NCBI GenBank assembly: GCA_963663965.2
Contig: CAXXFK010000024.1
Location: 32,001-96,000, forward strand
From: Sedimentisphaerales bacterium
GTDB lineage: Bacteria; Planctomycetota; Phycisphaerae; Sedimentisphaerales; SM23-30
Direction: 5' to 3'
DNA: 64,000 bases
Each line of letters opens with the position of its first letter. The first letter of the stretch is position 1. Shown one piece after another: positions 23,090 through 32,789 of this stretch. The notes beneath the pieces are model-generated. The model worked only from the letters and a program-made list of their open reading frames with translations. It did not search any database and was not told the DNA's origin. A program made the position numbers and the translations under genes.

Positions 23090-25060
23090 TTACCTTGTTT
23101 TCAGGCAGGATACCGTAATGTCTCCGTTGGAATCCGTTCCGCCATCACTTCGTACCGAAGCGACCAATTGCACGCCGGCCCGGGGCATCTGCTTTAATAC
23201 CAACTGATAGGTATTATTGCTATTACGCCCTCCCGTTGTGCCTTCATGTTCATCACGAGCTAATACCGTGTCTCCCTGGCGTAATTCGGCCCAGGCGATA
23301 TCCAAACGATGTGTACCGGAGGTATAGCTAAACGTTATTTCCAAGTTGCCGGCATCTTTGATAAAGTCAGAAACATTCCATTGCATGGTTTTAAAAGTCT
23401 CGCTGGTTTGACCGGATTTCCAGTTGCCAATAACTACCGGTTCTGGTTGCAGCGGGTGATAATTCACATCCAGACCATCCAAACGTTTGACATGAAGTTC
23501 CAGACGCTGAGTAAAAGAAGCATAATCGCGTTGTTGAACCGGCGACCAGACCACTTCAGCCAGGGCGCACATTCGCGGCAAAGCCATGTATTCAGCCTGT
23601 TTTGGATTGGGAATGTATTCAGTCCATATCTGAGCCTGCGCCCCCAGAACATGGCCGGCTTCATCTTCCGTCAGAGCAGCAGGTACAGGTTCATAATTAT
23701 AAACTTTCTTTAGCGGTAAAAAACCACCTATGGCCAGAGGTTCATTTTTGGGGTCTGCCTGGTAATGGTCAAAGTAGGTATAACTGTTGGGAGCCATGAC
23801 GACATCATGCCCGGATCGGGCCGCGGCAATTCCGCCATTTTCACCCCGCCAGGACATCACAGTCGCTCCCGGGGCAAGTCCACCTTCCAGAATTTCATCC
23901 CAGCCAATCAAACGCCGGCCGCGTTCGGCCAGAAAGGTATCCATGCGCTTGATAAACCAGCTTTGCAGTTCATGCTCGTCATTGAGCCCCAGTTCTTTCA
24001 TACGCGCCTGGGCTTTGGGATTTTCCTGCCATTGTTTTTTAGGGACTTCATCGCCACCGATATGGATAAACTTACCCGGGAACAATTCCAGCACTTCAGT
24101 CAGCACATCCTGCAAAAAACTTATGGTACTTTCATCCACATTGAAGACATTGTAGTTGACACCCCATGTCGTATGTACCGACAACTGTTCACCGGTATTG
24201 CCCAGTTCCGGGTAAGCCGCCAGCGCCGCCTGGCAGTGTCCGGGCATTTCGATTTCCGGTACAATGGTGACAAACCGTTCAGCGGCGTAAGCAACAATTT
24301 CTCGAATATCATCCTGGGTATAAAAACCGCCGTGGGGCTTGCCATCATATTGCTTGGAACGGGCAGCGTGTCCAACAACTGTTTCATTGCGCCAGGCTCC
24401 CACTTCGGTCAGTTTGGGATACTTTTTGATTTCAATTCGCCAACCTTGATCTTCAGTCAGATGCCAGTGAAAAACATTCATCTTATGTAAGGCGATCAAA
24501 TCGATGTATTTTTTGACAAATTCTTTGGGCATAAAATAGCGACCTACATCCAGATGCATTCCGCGCCAGCTAAAACGGGGATAGTCCTCGATCTTTAGAC
24601 AGGGCACACACCATTCGATGGGGCCAACCGGCGCATCCCGATAGATTTCAACCGGCAACAACTGGCACAAGGTCATCATACCATAAAAAACACCGGCTTT
24701 TTCAGGCGCTTCAATGATCACCCGGCTGGAAGTGATTTTTAGCTGGTATCCCTCAGGCCCCAGGCTCGAAAGCAATCCCGGCTGCAATACCAATACCACT
24801 TTATTATCAGTCTGATTACCAGTTTCTCCTGTTTTGAGATAAAATCCCATCGCAGGAGATAATATCGTGGAAAGCTGGTCTGCCATATCCAGAATCTTGC
24901 TTTGACTTTCAATTCTGGTATCAGGATTGAATCGGAAAAATCCAGTCTCCAACTTTATTTTTACCGGTTGAGGTATCAACGCAACGGATTCATCGGCAGG
25001 CAAACGGTTGGAAATGAACAGAGTCACAAGTATGATGAATAGGCTGGCAATCTTTTTCAT
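23090..25060 (-). CDS. Beta-N-acetylhexosaminidase (GH20)
   Basis: DYPRFSWRGMHLDVGR, HWHLTEDQGWR, PEIEMPGH, HIGGDE catalytic pair, WTEY; signal peptide. Confidence 0.93.
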   Translation of the reverse strand: MKKIASLFIILVTLFISNRLPADESVALIPQPVKIKLETGFFRFNPDTRIESQSKILDMADQLSTILSPAMGFYLKTGETGNQTDNKVVLVLQPGLLSSLGPEGYQLKITSSRVIIEAPEKAGVFYGMMTLCQLLPVEIYRDAPVGPIEWCVPCLKIEDYPRFSWRGMHLDVGRYFMPKEFVKKYIDLIALHKMNVFHWHLTEDQGWRIEIKKYPKLTEVGAWRNETVVGHAARSKQYDGKPHGGFYTQDDIREIVAYAAERFVTIVPEIEMPGHCQAALAAYPELGNTGEQLSVHTTWGVNYNVFNVDESTISFLQDVLTEVLELFPGKFIHIGGDEVPKKQWQENPKAQARMKELGLNDEHELQSWFIKRMDTFLAERGRRLIGWDEILEGGLAPGATVMSWRGENGGIAAARSGHDVVMAPNSYTYFDHYQADPKNEPLAIGGFLPLKKVYNYEPVPAALTEDEAGHVLGAQAQIWTEYIPNPKQAEYMALPRMCALAEVVWSPVQQRDYASFTQRLELHVKRLDGLDVNYHPLQPEPVVIGNWKSGQTSETFKTMQWNVSDFIKDAGNLEITFSYTSGTHRLDIAWAELRQGDTVLARDEHEGTTGGRNSNNTYQLVLKQMPRAGVQLVASVRSDGGTDSNGDITVSCLKTR

Positions 25061-25106
25061 GATTGGGTGTCCTGTCAGATCGTGTTTTTACAATATCTTT
25101 CTAACA

Positions 25107-27467
25107 TTACATATCTTCTATGGACTTACGCAACTGTCGACAGGAATGATAGAACTCTTCGGGTTCCATTTCCTTTAAGAAGGTAAAGCCTCGTGTTGCC
25201 CTGATCAGCGGACTGGTATGATCGTAGAACCATTCGCGGCCCAGACAGGTCTTGAGTTTTTGATATTGCTGGACCTGGATGCGCTGCGCTAACTCAGAAA
25301 ATGGTCCATCATATTCATAACTGGGGAAAGACGCTTCTTTCTGGCTTAAAAACGAATTGATAAATGCCTGATGCATCACTGAGAACATATTCAAGCTAAC
25401 CGGAACATATACATTGGCTTCAGCCGGATCGAACCGGTACCAGACATTGCGATAGCCCCAGATACGGATATCGGTTCGGCGGGTACGTTCCTGATAGATT
25501 CGCAATGCTTCAGCAACCGCCTGCAAGACCTTATAATGGGTATCCGGTCCACTGGCTTCAGGATCCAGAGCGACGGTTATCACATCGGGATGGATACGTT
25601 CCAGTTGTTCGGCGATGGGCATCACATCACGCCGTCGGGTTGGTTGAGGGGTAAAGATATCCCCGGTATAGAATCCTAAACGAGCATGGATCACATTATC
25701 ACATTTCCAGCCGTAATAGCCCCAGAGGCATTCGGCCTCCCATTCACGACACATTCCTTTAAGCTTTTTGATATCATCCGGGTCATGCTTGCCGGGATAC
25801 TGAGTGGTAAAATAAACCAACAGTTCATCCAGACGTTTACTGATACGGCGCAGATCGCGCGTACCTAATACTTCGTGCAGATTACGCAAAAGACGCCGGG
25901 CACACCCTTCGGCCTTCATGTCCGGATTGGAAGCCGCCACACCATCCAGATATTGCCAGACATCACGGTTTCGAGCCATTAAATTGTCCGGGTCAAAATA
26001 ATCTTCTCTACATAGCGCTTTGAACGCGGGACAATTCAGATGATCGAGCAGCTGACTGACCTGCTGGGCCATGAAATGATTGGTGACAGACGTAAAACCG
26101 CTGGTCAGGGTCATGAAATAATGACGATTGCCGGCTTTGCGGAAATGACGCGCCAGGTGACTGAAATAACCAAGCATCACATCGTCATGATGCGGTTCGG
26201 TATGTAAAAAACAGGTATTATCGTAAACCTGAATACCCTTATAGATTTTGCGTTCTATCATTTCAGCCGTCGCCCGAATCAGGGAACGAGGCAACTCCCG
26301 GCTTTTTTTCAGGATTAACTGGCCGAATGGATCCTGTTCCAGATCCTTGGCATGCAACTGATTGAGACGTTTATTCTTTTTGGTTGCCAAATCGATCAGA
26401 ATATGTTCAACATCCTGATCAGACAAAGTTTTCTTTTTACGATAATCCTGATATTCACGATCGGGCAATAATTTCGCCGCACCACGGGTCAGGAAAAATT
26501 TGGCCGCGGGCAATTTACCCAGCGCTGTCGCCGGGATCCGAACATCCGGACCGGACAGGATTGCCTGTGCCACAACCTGGGCTTTGGCTTCCCCTGCCGC
26601 CATAATTATGACCGTACATTCCGGATTGTAGGTAATCGTTTTAAGGCCAATCGTAATGACCAGTGCGTTCCGGGAAGTTTCGATACCGCCCAAATCAGTG
26701 GCAGCGGCCGCCTGGGTCTCATAGTTGGTCGTACACAAGCGAGTTGTACAATGATGATCCGAACCACTGATATTAAAACCGATATGACCATCGGGGCCGA
26801 TTCCTCCCAGAAAGAAACCCAAGCCCCCCAGCGCCTGAATACTATCCTCATATTCCATGCACCAATGGTCAATCCGTTCCAATAATCCTTTCTGTCTTTC
26901 TTCCAAATGAGATTTGGCGTGACGATATCTCAGCGTCAGATCCACCCGTTTGCCCGGCCAGTAATCCATCAGCTGTTCATCTTTCGCCAGACCAATCCGG
27001 CTGGGATCTATCAATAACGCCTTGCGGGGATCAAGACCGAACCCTTTAAGATAATACTCTTTCACGTAATAATTGAAACTATTCGTCTGGGAAGAGTCTA
27101 TTGGATAAAAATCATCAATCTGCACGAAATGCAGACTCTTCATGTCCGGCTTAACATTGGAATTTATACCAATCTTTTCCAATTCAGCACGAACAGTCGA
27201 ACGATCCCAGTTGTTCAACAGATAACGTACCCACTTAATAAAATACTCGGGGGATTTTCCGGTGGGCAGGGAGATGGTTCCTCCCGGATTGTTCTGAACC
27301 CATTCGAGGAATCGAAGGGCAGTCACCTTCCCCAGCATGGGGAAATTGGGTAAAATGACAGAAGGGATTTTCTCGGTGGGCTCATAAATCAATTGATAGG
27401 GAGACTGTTTTAACGCGTATTTTTCTACGTTTGACAGTGTCCATTTACCTTTTTGAATCCTGGGCAT
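25107..27467 (-). CDS. nagB: Glucosamine-6-phosphate deaminase fused to a PIG-L/LmbE-like deacetylase domain
   Basis: LPTGKSP and GIGPDGHIGFN (NagB); HTEPHHDDVMLG and SGPDTHYK (PIG-L-like). Start uncertain; MPRIQK chosen to avoid overlap with GH109. Confidence 0.85.
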   Translation of the reverse strand: MPRIQKGKWTLSNVEKYALKQSPYQLIYEPTEKIPSVILPNFPMLGKVTALRFLEWVQNNPGGTISLPTGKSPEYFIKWVRYLLNNWDRSTVRAELEKIGINSNVKPDMKSLHFVQIDDFYPIDSSQTNSFNYYVKEYYLKGFGLDPRKALLIDPSRIGLAKDEQLMDYWPGKRVDLTLRYRHAKSHLEERQKGLLERIDHWCMEYEDSIQALGGLGFFLGGIGPDGHIGFNISGSDHHCTTRLCTTNYETQAAAATDLGGIETSRNALVITIGLKTITYNPECTVIIMAAGEAKAQVVAQAILSGPDVRIPATALGKLPAAKFFLTRGAAKLLPDREYQDYRKKKTLSDQDVEHILIDLATKKNKRLNQLHAKDLEQDPFGQLILKKSRELPRSLIRATAEMIERKIYKGIQVYDNTCFLHTEPHHDDVMLGYFSHLARHFRKAGNRHYFMTLTSGFTSVTNHFMAQQVSQLLDHLNCPAFKALCREDYFDPDNLMARNRDVWQYLDGVAASNPDMKAEGCARRLLRNLHEVLGTRDLRRISKRLDELLVYFTTQYPGKHDPDDIKKLKGMCREWEAECLWGYYGWKCDNVIHARLGFYTGDIFTPQPTRRRDVMPIAEQLERIHPDVITVALDPEASGPDTHYKVLQAVAEALRIYQERTRRTDIRIWGYRNVWYRFDPAEANVYVPVSLNMFSVMHQAFINSFLSQKEASFPSYEYDGPFSELAQRIQVQQYQKLKTCLGREWFYDHTSPLIRATRGFTFLKEMEPEEFYHSCRQLRKSIEDM

Positions 27468-27498
27468 TGTAATTACATACTCCTTTATGATTTTTAAA

Positions 27499-28866
27499 TT
27501 AATACAGGTGGGTAACGATTCCCAGTTCACGAGGTTGCTGCCATGCTCCCCGGGTAAAATCGGGAAATTTAACCGGCTTGCCGCCTAAACGAACGGATTC
27601 TTCGCTGAGTGGAATGATCACACTCCAGATCACGGAATCATATACGTCGATATCGGGAGCGATGCCCTGGCGCAGTGCCTGAATCAGGCGATAATCTTCG
27701 ACATAATCCATACCGCCATGGGTAGCCCCCTGGGCTTTTTCTTTCAGAGATTTCCAGACCGGATGTTCAAATTCCTCCTGATATTTTGAGAGGTCTTCCC
27801 AGTTATGAGCCGGTGAAAGGCCTTCAATATGAATCTGCTGAATGGGATACTTATGCATCAGTCCCTTAGTCCCTTGAACCACAAAATCGCGGCTATAGGG
27901 TCGAGGCAGATTGGTATCATGTTTACAAATGATAACTTTGCCTTTCTTCGTCTTAATCAGACAAATATTAACATCACCCAAGGCAAATTTTGTATTTACC
28001 CATTCACTTTCGGGATAATGTTCTTTCGCATATTCATTTAAGCCCAGCGACTTGGTGCTCATCGAGACAATGGTATCCAGAGCATCACCGCGATTGATAT
28101 CCATACACCAGGCCATAGGGCCAATACCGTGCGTCGGATAGAGATTACCATTCCGTTTAACCGATTGCATTAAACGCCACATTCCCTGATAAAAATCTGG
28201 TGATAATTTCAGGGCGCGAAGATCATGTAGATAACCACATTCACCATACATGATTTCGCCAAATAATCCTTTTCGGATCATGTTCATCACCAACATTTCG
28301 GTTGGATCATAACAGCAATTTTCCATCAAAATACAATGTTTCGCGGTCTTTTCTGATGTTTCAACCAGTTCCCAGCATTCATCGACACTTAAAGCGATAT
28401 TGACTTCGGAAGCGGCATGTTTACCATTTTTCATGGCAGCCAAACAAATTGGAGCGTGCCAACGCCACGGGGCAGCGTTATAGACCAGATCGAGGTCTTC
28501 TTCCTGGCACATGCGGATAAAGGCGTAATCATCACCGGTATAAACTTTAGGTTCGGGTTGACCCGCTTTGACTGTTTCTTTTGACGCCCAATCGGTACGT
28601 TCCGGCCGGATATCACAGACGGCAGCCAATTGGCAACCTTCGATCTTCAGCAGATTTCTCACGTGGCTACTTCCCTGGTGACCAATACCCACATAACCCA
28701 CTTTAATCAAATCTTTGGGTTGTGAACCTACTCCCATCATCGTTCTAACATTCTTGGGGCCACCCGGGGTCAGTGAATTACATCCAGTCATCTGAGCCAA
28801 GACTGTCCCCGCACCAGCTAGCGCACCCATTCTAATAAAATCCCTGCGATCAATCGATTCTTTCAT
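27499..28866 (-). CDS. Tat-exported GH109-like NAD+-dependent alpha-N-acetylgalactosaminidase (Gfo/Idh/MocA fold)
   Basis: Start MKESIDRRDFIR (twin-Arg, possible lipobox MTGC); ENCCY, GYLHDLR, GNLYPTHG, PRPYSR, HGGMDY. Confidence 0.85.
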   Translation of the reverse strand: MKESIDRRDFIRMGALAGAGTVLAQMTGCNSLTPGGPKNVRTMMGVGSQPKDLIKVGYVGIGHQGSSHVRNLLKIEGCQLAAVCDIRPERTDWASKETVKAGQPEPKVYTGDDYAFIRMCQEEDLDLVYNAAPWRWHAPICLAAMKNGKHAASEVNIALSVDECWELVETSEKTAKHCILMENCCYDPTEMLVMNMIRKGLFGEIMYGECGYLHDLRALKLSPDFYQGMWRLMQSVKRNGNLYPTHGIGPMAWCMDINRGDALDTIVSMSTKSLGLNEYAKEHYPESEWVNTKFALGDVNICLIKTKKGKVIICKHDTNLPRPYSRDFVVQGTKGLMHKYPIQQIHIEGLSPAHNWEDLSKYQEEFEHPVWKSLKEKAQGATHGGMDYVEDYRLIQALRQGIAPDIDVYDSVIWSVIIPLSEESVRLGGKPVKFPDFTRGAWQQPRELGIVTHLY

Positions 28867-29079
28867 AATCGTTCTCCAATCAATAAATAGAATACTATTA
28901 TCGAATCCCAATAGTGATTACTTCGGGTTTTGTTAACTGTTTACAAAGAAACACCTTATGCTTTTTCCACACTTGCCGGTCCTATTATCCACAGTTTTTC
29001 CTGTATTACAAATGAAATCACCTGTACTTTAAAGAAATATAAAGATATTAGACACATTAAATAATAACGCTAATCCCAA

Positions 29080-29108
29080 TTGACATAAATAGATGGAAGT
29101 AATAAAAT
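29080..29108 (+). promoter_or_regulatory. Sigma70-type promoter for the AraC gene
   Basis: TTGACA-17 bp-TAAAAT, 31 nt upstream of the GTG start. Confidence 0.65.
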
Positions 29109-29139
29109 AATGTAAAATAGTAAGCTTATAGGAGAAATC

Positions 29140-30039
29140 GTGAAAAAGAAAGGCCCTCATGCCCCAATAAAGAAAAAATACACTACCGGACAACCGGGCC
29201 GGGTAAGTGATGCGGTCTACTTCTATTACGATACTGCGCCAGATTATAACGATCAACTGGCGATTGTCTGCGGCGGATTTGAAAAATGTGCGCCAGACTT
29301 CGATATTGATCGCTCAAATTATCCCTATTTTTTCATCAAATATACCATCAAAGGCAGCGGTACACTTGAGATTGGCTCTCGTACCCACACTTTGAGACCC
29401 GGATCTTTATCCGGGTTCGAACCGGCCACTCCTCACCACTATCAGGCAGATCCAAACAATCCTATGGAACATATTTTCGTCACGTTTCTGGGCAATGATG
29501 CGGGCGATTTATTTGAAAAAAGTAAATTGGCAGAACGTCATGTGATTGACGTATCAGACCCGGAAGAAATACATCGAGTCTTTCAGAAAATCCTTCAAAT
29601 CGGACTGGATAAACCGGTTTTTTCCCAGGAAATCTGCTGTTTGAATCTTCGCATGATCTTATTGGAACTGGCATCAGAGTTTTCCCGGTCTCAATCCCAT
29701 AATCCCCTTTCCAAGATTACCTATCATAAATGCCGGGAATATATCGATGGTCATTTTACCGAAATAAAAACGCCCCGTGAAGTGGCGGAACATTGTTGTA
29801 TTGACGTTCGCTACATGTCAGCGCTCTTCAAGAAATACTGCCATATCCCTCCCAGCCAATACCTCATGCGGTTGAAACTGAATAAAGCCGCCAACCTGTT
29901 ATTGAATACGGAAGCAACCATTAAGGAAATCGCTTTCCGGATCGGTTTTGATGATCCCTACCACTTCTCCAAGAATTTTAAAGAATTTCACGGACGTTCA
30001 CCCCAGTTATACCGGGAACAACATATGCATTCCCGGTAA
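29140..30039 (+). CDS. AraC-family transcriptional regulator
   Basis: Cupin-like N-terminus; C-terminal double HTH (TIKEIAFRIGFDDPYHFSKNFKEFHGRSP). Divergent from the HexNAc operon. Confidence 0.92.
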   Translation: MKKKGPHAPIKKKYTTGQPGRVSDAVYFYYDTAPDYNDQLAIVCGGFEKCAPDFDIDRSNYPYFFIKYTIKGSGTLEIGSRTHTLRPGSLSGFEPATPHHYQADPNNPMEHIFVTFLGNDAGDLFEKSKLAERHVIDVSDPEEIHRVFQKILQIGLDKPVFSQEICCLNLRMILLELASEFSRSQSHNPLSKITYHKCREYIDGHFTEIKTPREVAEHCCIDVRYMSALFKKYCHIPPSQYLMRLKLNKAANLLLNTEATIKEIAFRIGFDDPYHFSKNFKEFHGRSPQLYREQHMHSR

Positions 30040-30082
30040 AACCAGCACTTCCAGGTAAAAATCCATATTTATTCAACTGGTA

Positions 30083-30889
30083 TTATTGATTCGGCAAGAC
30101 CAGATCAGGTTGGGCTTTAAAGCCTTTATGCCAATAGTAGGTGTAGACATCTTCCAGGGGCACTCTTTCCACATGGGCATCCGTAAACACCATGTTTATC
30201 GCACGATTGTGCCGATTTAATAAAATTCTAGGGGCGGCGTTTGCCATCGGCAGATTACCGCCGATTCCACCACCCTGTAAATCGACCAATCGTGGCGAGG
30301 GTTCGCGATTACCATCAATATCACTGTGAGTCGGCCAGGTATCTACCCAGGCGCCATCAGTTATCAATGGCGTTGTGTTTTTTGCTTCACTAATTTTCTG
30401 GAAATAACGCTCATCAGGATTTCCATAAAGCCAGCCATTGATCAGGTAACTTCCCTCGGAATATTGATTTTCAGGTACTTCAGTATTATCTTGACCGGAA
30501 TATTGCCATTGCCAATTGAGTTTGGCCGTTCCATACGCAATACCCGCATTATTAATATTCTTCCAGCGTTTACAACTAGGGCATTGCATAATCATCATGG
30601 CACCTTCCTGGTATCCTTTCGTATAGTTTTTATCTCCCAGATAGGGCGCGAAACGATAAAACCAGAAAGGATTATAATTATAGGGAATAGGCTTTTGGCT
30701 ATAATCTTCAGCATAATAATAGAAAGCCAGTCCCCATTGTTTAAGTTGGGAGCCACAGGTTGAGGCTTTTGCCTGATCACGAGCTTTTCCCAGCGCCGGC
30801 ATCAGGATTGCAACTAATAACGCAATAATAGAAATAACGACCAGTAATTCGATTAACGTAAAGCCTTTTTTGCGTTGGAAACGGTTCAT
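30083..30889 (-). CDS. Prepilin-type N-terminal cleavage/methylation protein (planctomycete DUF1559/H-X9-DG-like)
   Basis: [36 protein letters not shown]-terminal [23 protein letters not shown] before MNRFQ. Confidence 0.85.
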   Translation of the reverse strand: MNRFQRKKGFTLIELLVVISIIALLVAILMPALGKARDQAKASTCGSQLKQWGLAFYYYAEDYSQKPIPYNYNPFWFYRFAPYLGDKNYTKGYQEGAMMIMQCPSCKRWKNINNAGIAYGTAKLNWQWQYSGQDNTEVPENQYSEGSYLINGWLYGNPDERYFQKISEAKNTTPLITDGAWVDTWPTHSDIDGNREPSPRLVDLQGGGIGGNLPMANAAPRILLNRHNRAINMVFTDAHVERVPLEDVYTYYWHKGFKAQPDLVLPNQ

Positions 30890-31196
30890 ATTGATCTCCA
30901 AATCATATCTCTCACTTGTTGCCAAGACACATTAATCCACTTTCTACCACATGCCCATACTATCTAAATAACATGTTAAATTATAGCTCAAGCTATAACT
31001 GGCGGAAATGGAGCAAAGTAAGAGAATGATGGAGATACGTATTGAGAGTACTGACTTTTTACGAAACGCCACCAAATAGTTGGCATATTTCAATAACAAA
31101 TATTAATATTATGGGCTGTGGCCTGATTGATATTATATCGAGCCCCAATATTTTTATCGGACATGATAACTGTTTCCGCTTTGGAATCCTCCCGCT

Positions 31197-32672
31197 TCAG
31201 GAATCGGCCAAACCAACGGGGCGAACGCCATTACCGGGGATATCAACATCCCCGAGATCTTGGCGGACTTGCTCAACCAGTTCTAACAGCTCCTCTACCA
31301 CTTCAGGGTATTGATCGGCAACATTGAATTTTTCGCTGATATCGGTTTCCAGGTTATATAACTCGGTACCCGTCTTACCACTGCCATAGGGTCCGGGAAA
31401 ACCATCTTTACCCGGCTCGACATTTTCATAAGACCGGTAATTATGAGGAACGTGCAGTTTCCATTTACCCCGCCGGACACACTGGAGTTGGTCCCCTTTA
31501 TTGTGAGTATAATAGTAATAAAATTCGTTACGAGGATTGGCATTGGGTTTATTCATTAACAGTGGCAGGATATTTACACCGTCGATTTTATGATCGGGCA
31601 GGTCAGCATCGGCCAGAACTGCCAATGTTGGTAAAATATCGATTGTCGCGGCGATCTTATCACAGACGGTTCCGGCAGGAATCCGGCCCGGCCAGCGCAT
31701 GATACAGGGTTCCCGCTGCCCCCCTTCCCAACTGCTGCCTTTGCCTTCGCGTAAAGGAAGAGCGCATCCGGCATGATTGCCAAAGTTGAGCCAGGGACCG
31801 TTATCGCTGGTATAAATAACCAGAGTATTATTATCAAGGCCATGTTTTTTCAACGTTTTCAGAATTTCACCGACAGACCAGTCGATTTCCATGATAACAT
31901 CACCATACATGCCCTGCTCGCTTTTACCCCGGAATTTATCCGATACTCCCAGAGGTACATGAGGCATGGAATGTGGCACATATAAAAAGAACGGATGATC
32001 TTTATTTTTTTCTATAAACTGGACAGCCCTCTCAGCATATCGTGTTGTCAAGGTATCCTGGCCTGATAAATCGGTTATTTCTGCAACTTTTTCATTACCG
32101 TCAATCAAAGGAAGAGGCGGGTATTTAGCCTTGGAAGAATCAGCCGCAACCGGTTTGCCATCAAAACCAACCGGCCACATATCATTGGAATAAGGCAATC
32201 CCAGATATTCATCAAAGCCATGTTGTAATGGCAGGAATTTGTGATGGTGACCCAGATGCCATTTTCCAAAAATACCGCAGGTGTACCCCTGAGGTTTCAA
32301 AACGTCAGCAATGGTTTTTTCGTTTTCATTCAAACCCACCTTAGACCAGGGCATCAGAGCACCGCGAATACCCACACGGGTTGGATAACATCCAGTCATT
32401 AAAGCGGCCCGGGAGGCGCTACAGACCGCCTGGCCGGCATAAAAACTGGTAAATTGCATGCCTTCCGCCGCCATTCGATCCAGATTGGGTGTTTTAAACC
32501 CTTTAGCGCCAAAAACGCCAACATCCGCATAGCCCTGATCATCAGCAAAGATAACGACAAAGTTTGGCTTTTTCTGATCTTTGTTATTATGTAAGGTTTT
32601 ACACCCCGCCAGGAAACCCAGCCCCAGTCCCGCTTGTATTAGAAAATGACGACGTGACACACACTTTTTCAT
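31197..32672 (-). CDS. Formylglycine-dependent (S1) sulfatase, Tat lipoprotein
   Basis: SRRHFL twin-Arg and LAGC lipobox; [27 protein letters not shown]. Confidence 0.9.
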   Translation of the reverse strand: MKKCVSRRHFLIQAGLGLGFLAGCKTLHNNKDQKKPNFVVIFADDQGYADVGVFGAKGFKTPNLDRMAAEGMQFTSFYAGQAVCSASRAALMTGCYPTRVGIRGALMPWSKVGLNENEKTIADVLKPQGYTCGIFGKWHLGHHHKFLPLQHGFDEYLGLPYSNDMWPVGFDGKPVAADSSKAKYPPLPLIDGNEKVAEITDLSGQDTLTTRYAERAVQFIEKNKDHPFFLYVPHSMPHVPLGVSDKFRGKSEQGMYGDVIMEIDWSVGEILKTLKKHGLDNNTLVIYTSDNGPWLNFGNHAGCALPLREGKGSSWEGGQREPCIMRWPGRIPAGTVCDKIAATIDILPTLAVLADADLPDHKIDGVNILPLLMNKPNANPRNEFYYYYTHNKGDQLQCVRRGKWKLHVPHNYRSYENVEPGKDGFPGPYGSGKTGTELYNLETDISEKFNVADQYPEVVEELLELVEQVRQDLGDVDIPGNGVRPVGLADS

Positions 32673-32699
32673 ACTAAGCTCCATCATTACTATCCAGGG

Positions 32700-32746
32700 A
32701 AAAACAACAGGTGTCACTTCCAGTTGTTGGAAGACCACCTGTTGTT
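32700..32746 (-). terminator. Terminator after the Gfo/Idh/MocA gene
   Basis: Minus strand AACAACAGGTGGTCTTCCA...TGGAAGTGACACCTGTTGTT followed by a T-run. Confidence 0.65.
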
Positions 32747-32789
32747 ATCGATCTAATTAAAAATCAGTTTATTGATATCAAATATGCTA

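Noticed and set aside
31100..31156. Inverted repeat downstream of the sulfatase
   Set aside because: Short imperfect arms (GGGCT/AGCCC) with a long loop; too weak to call a terminator.
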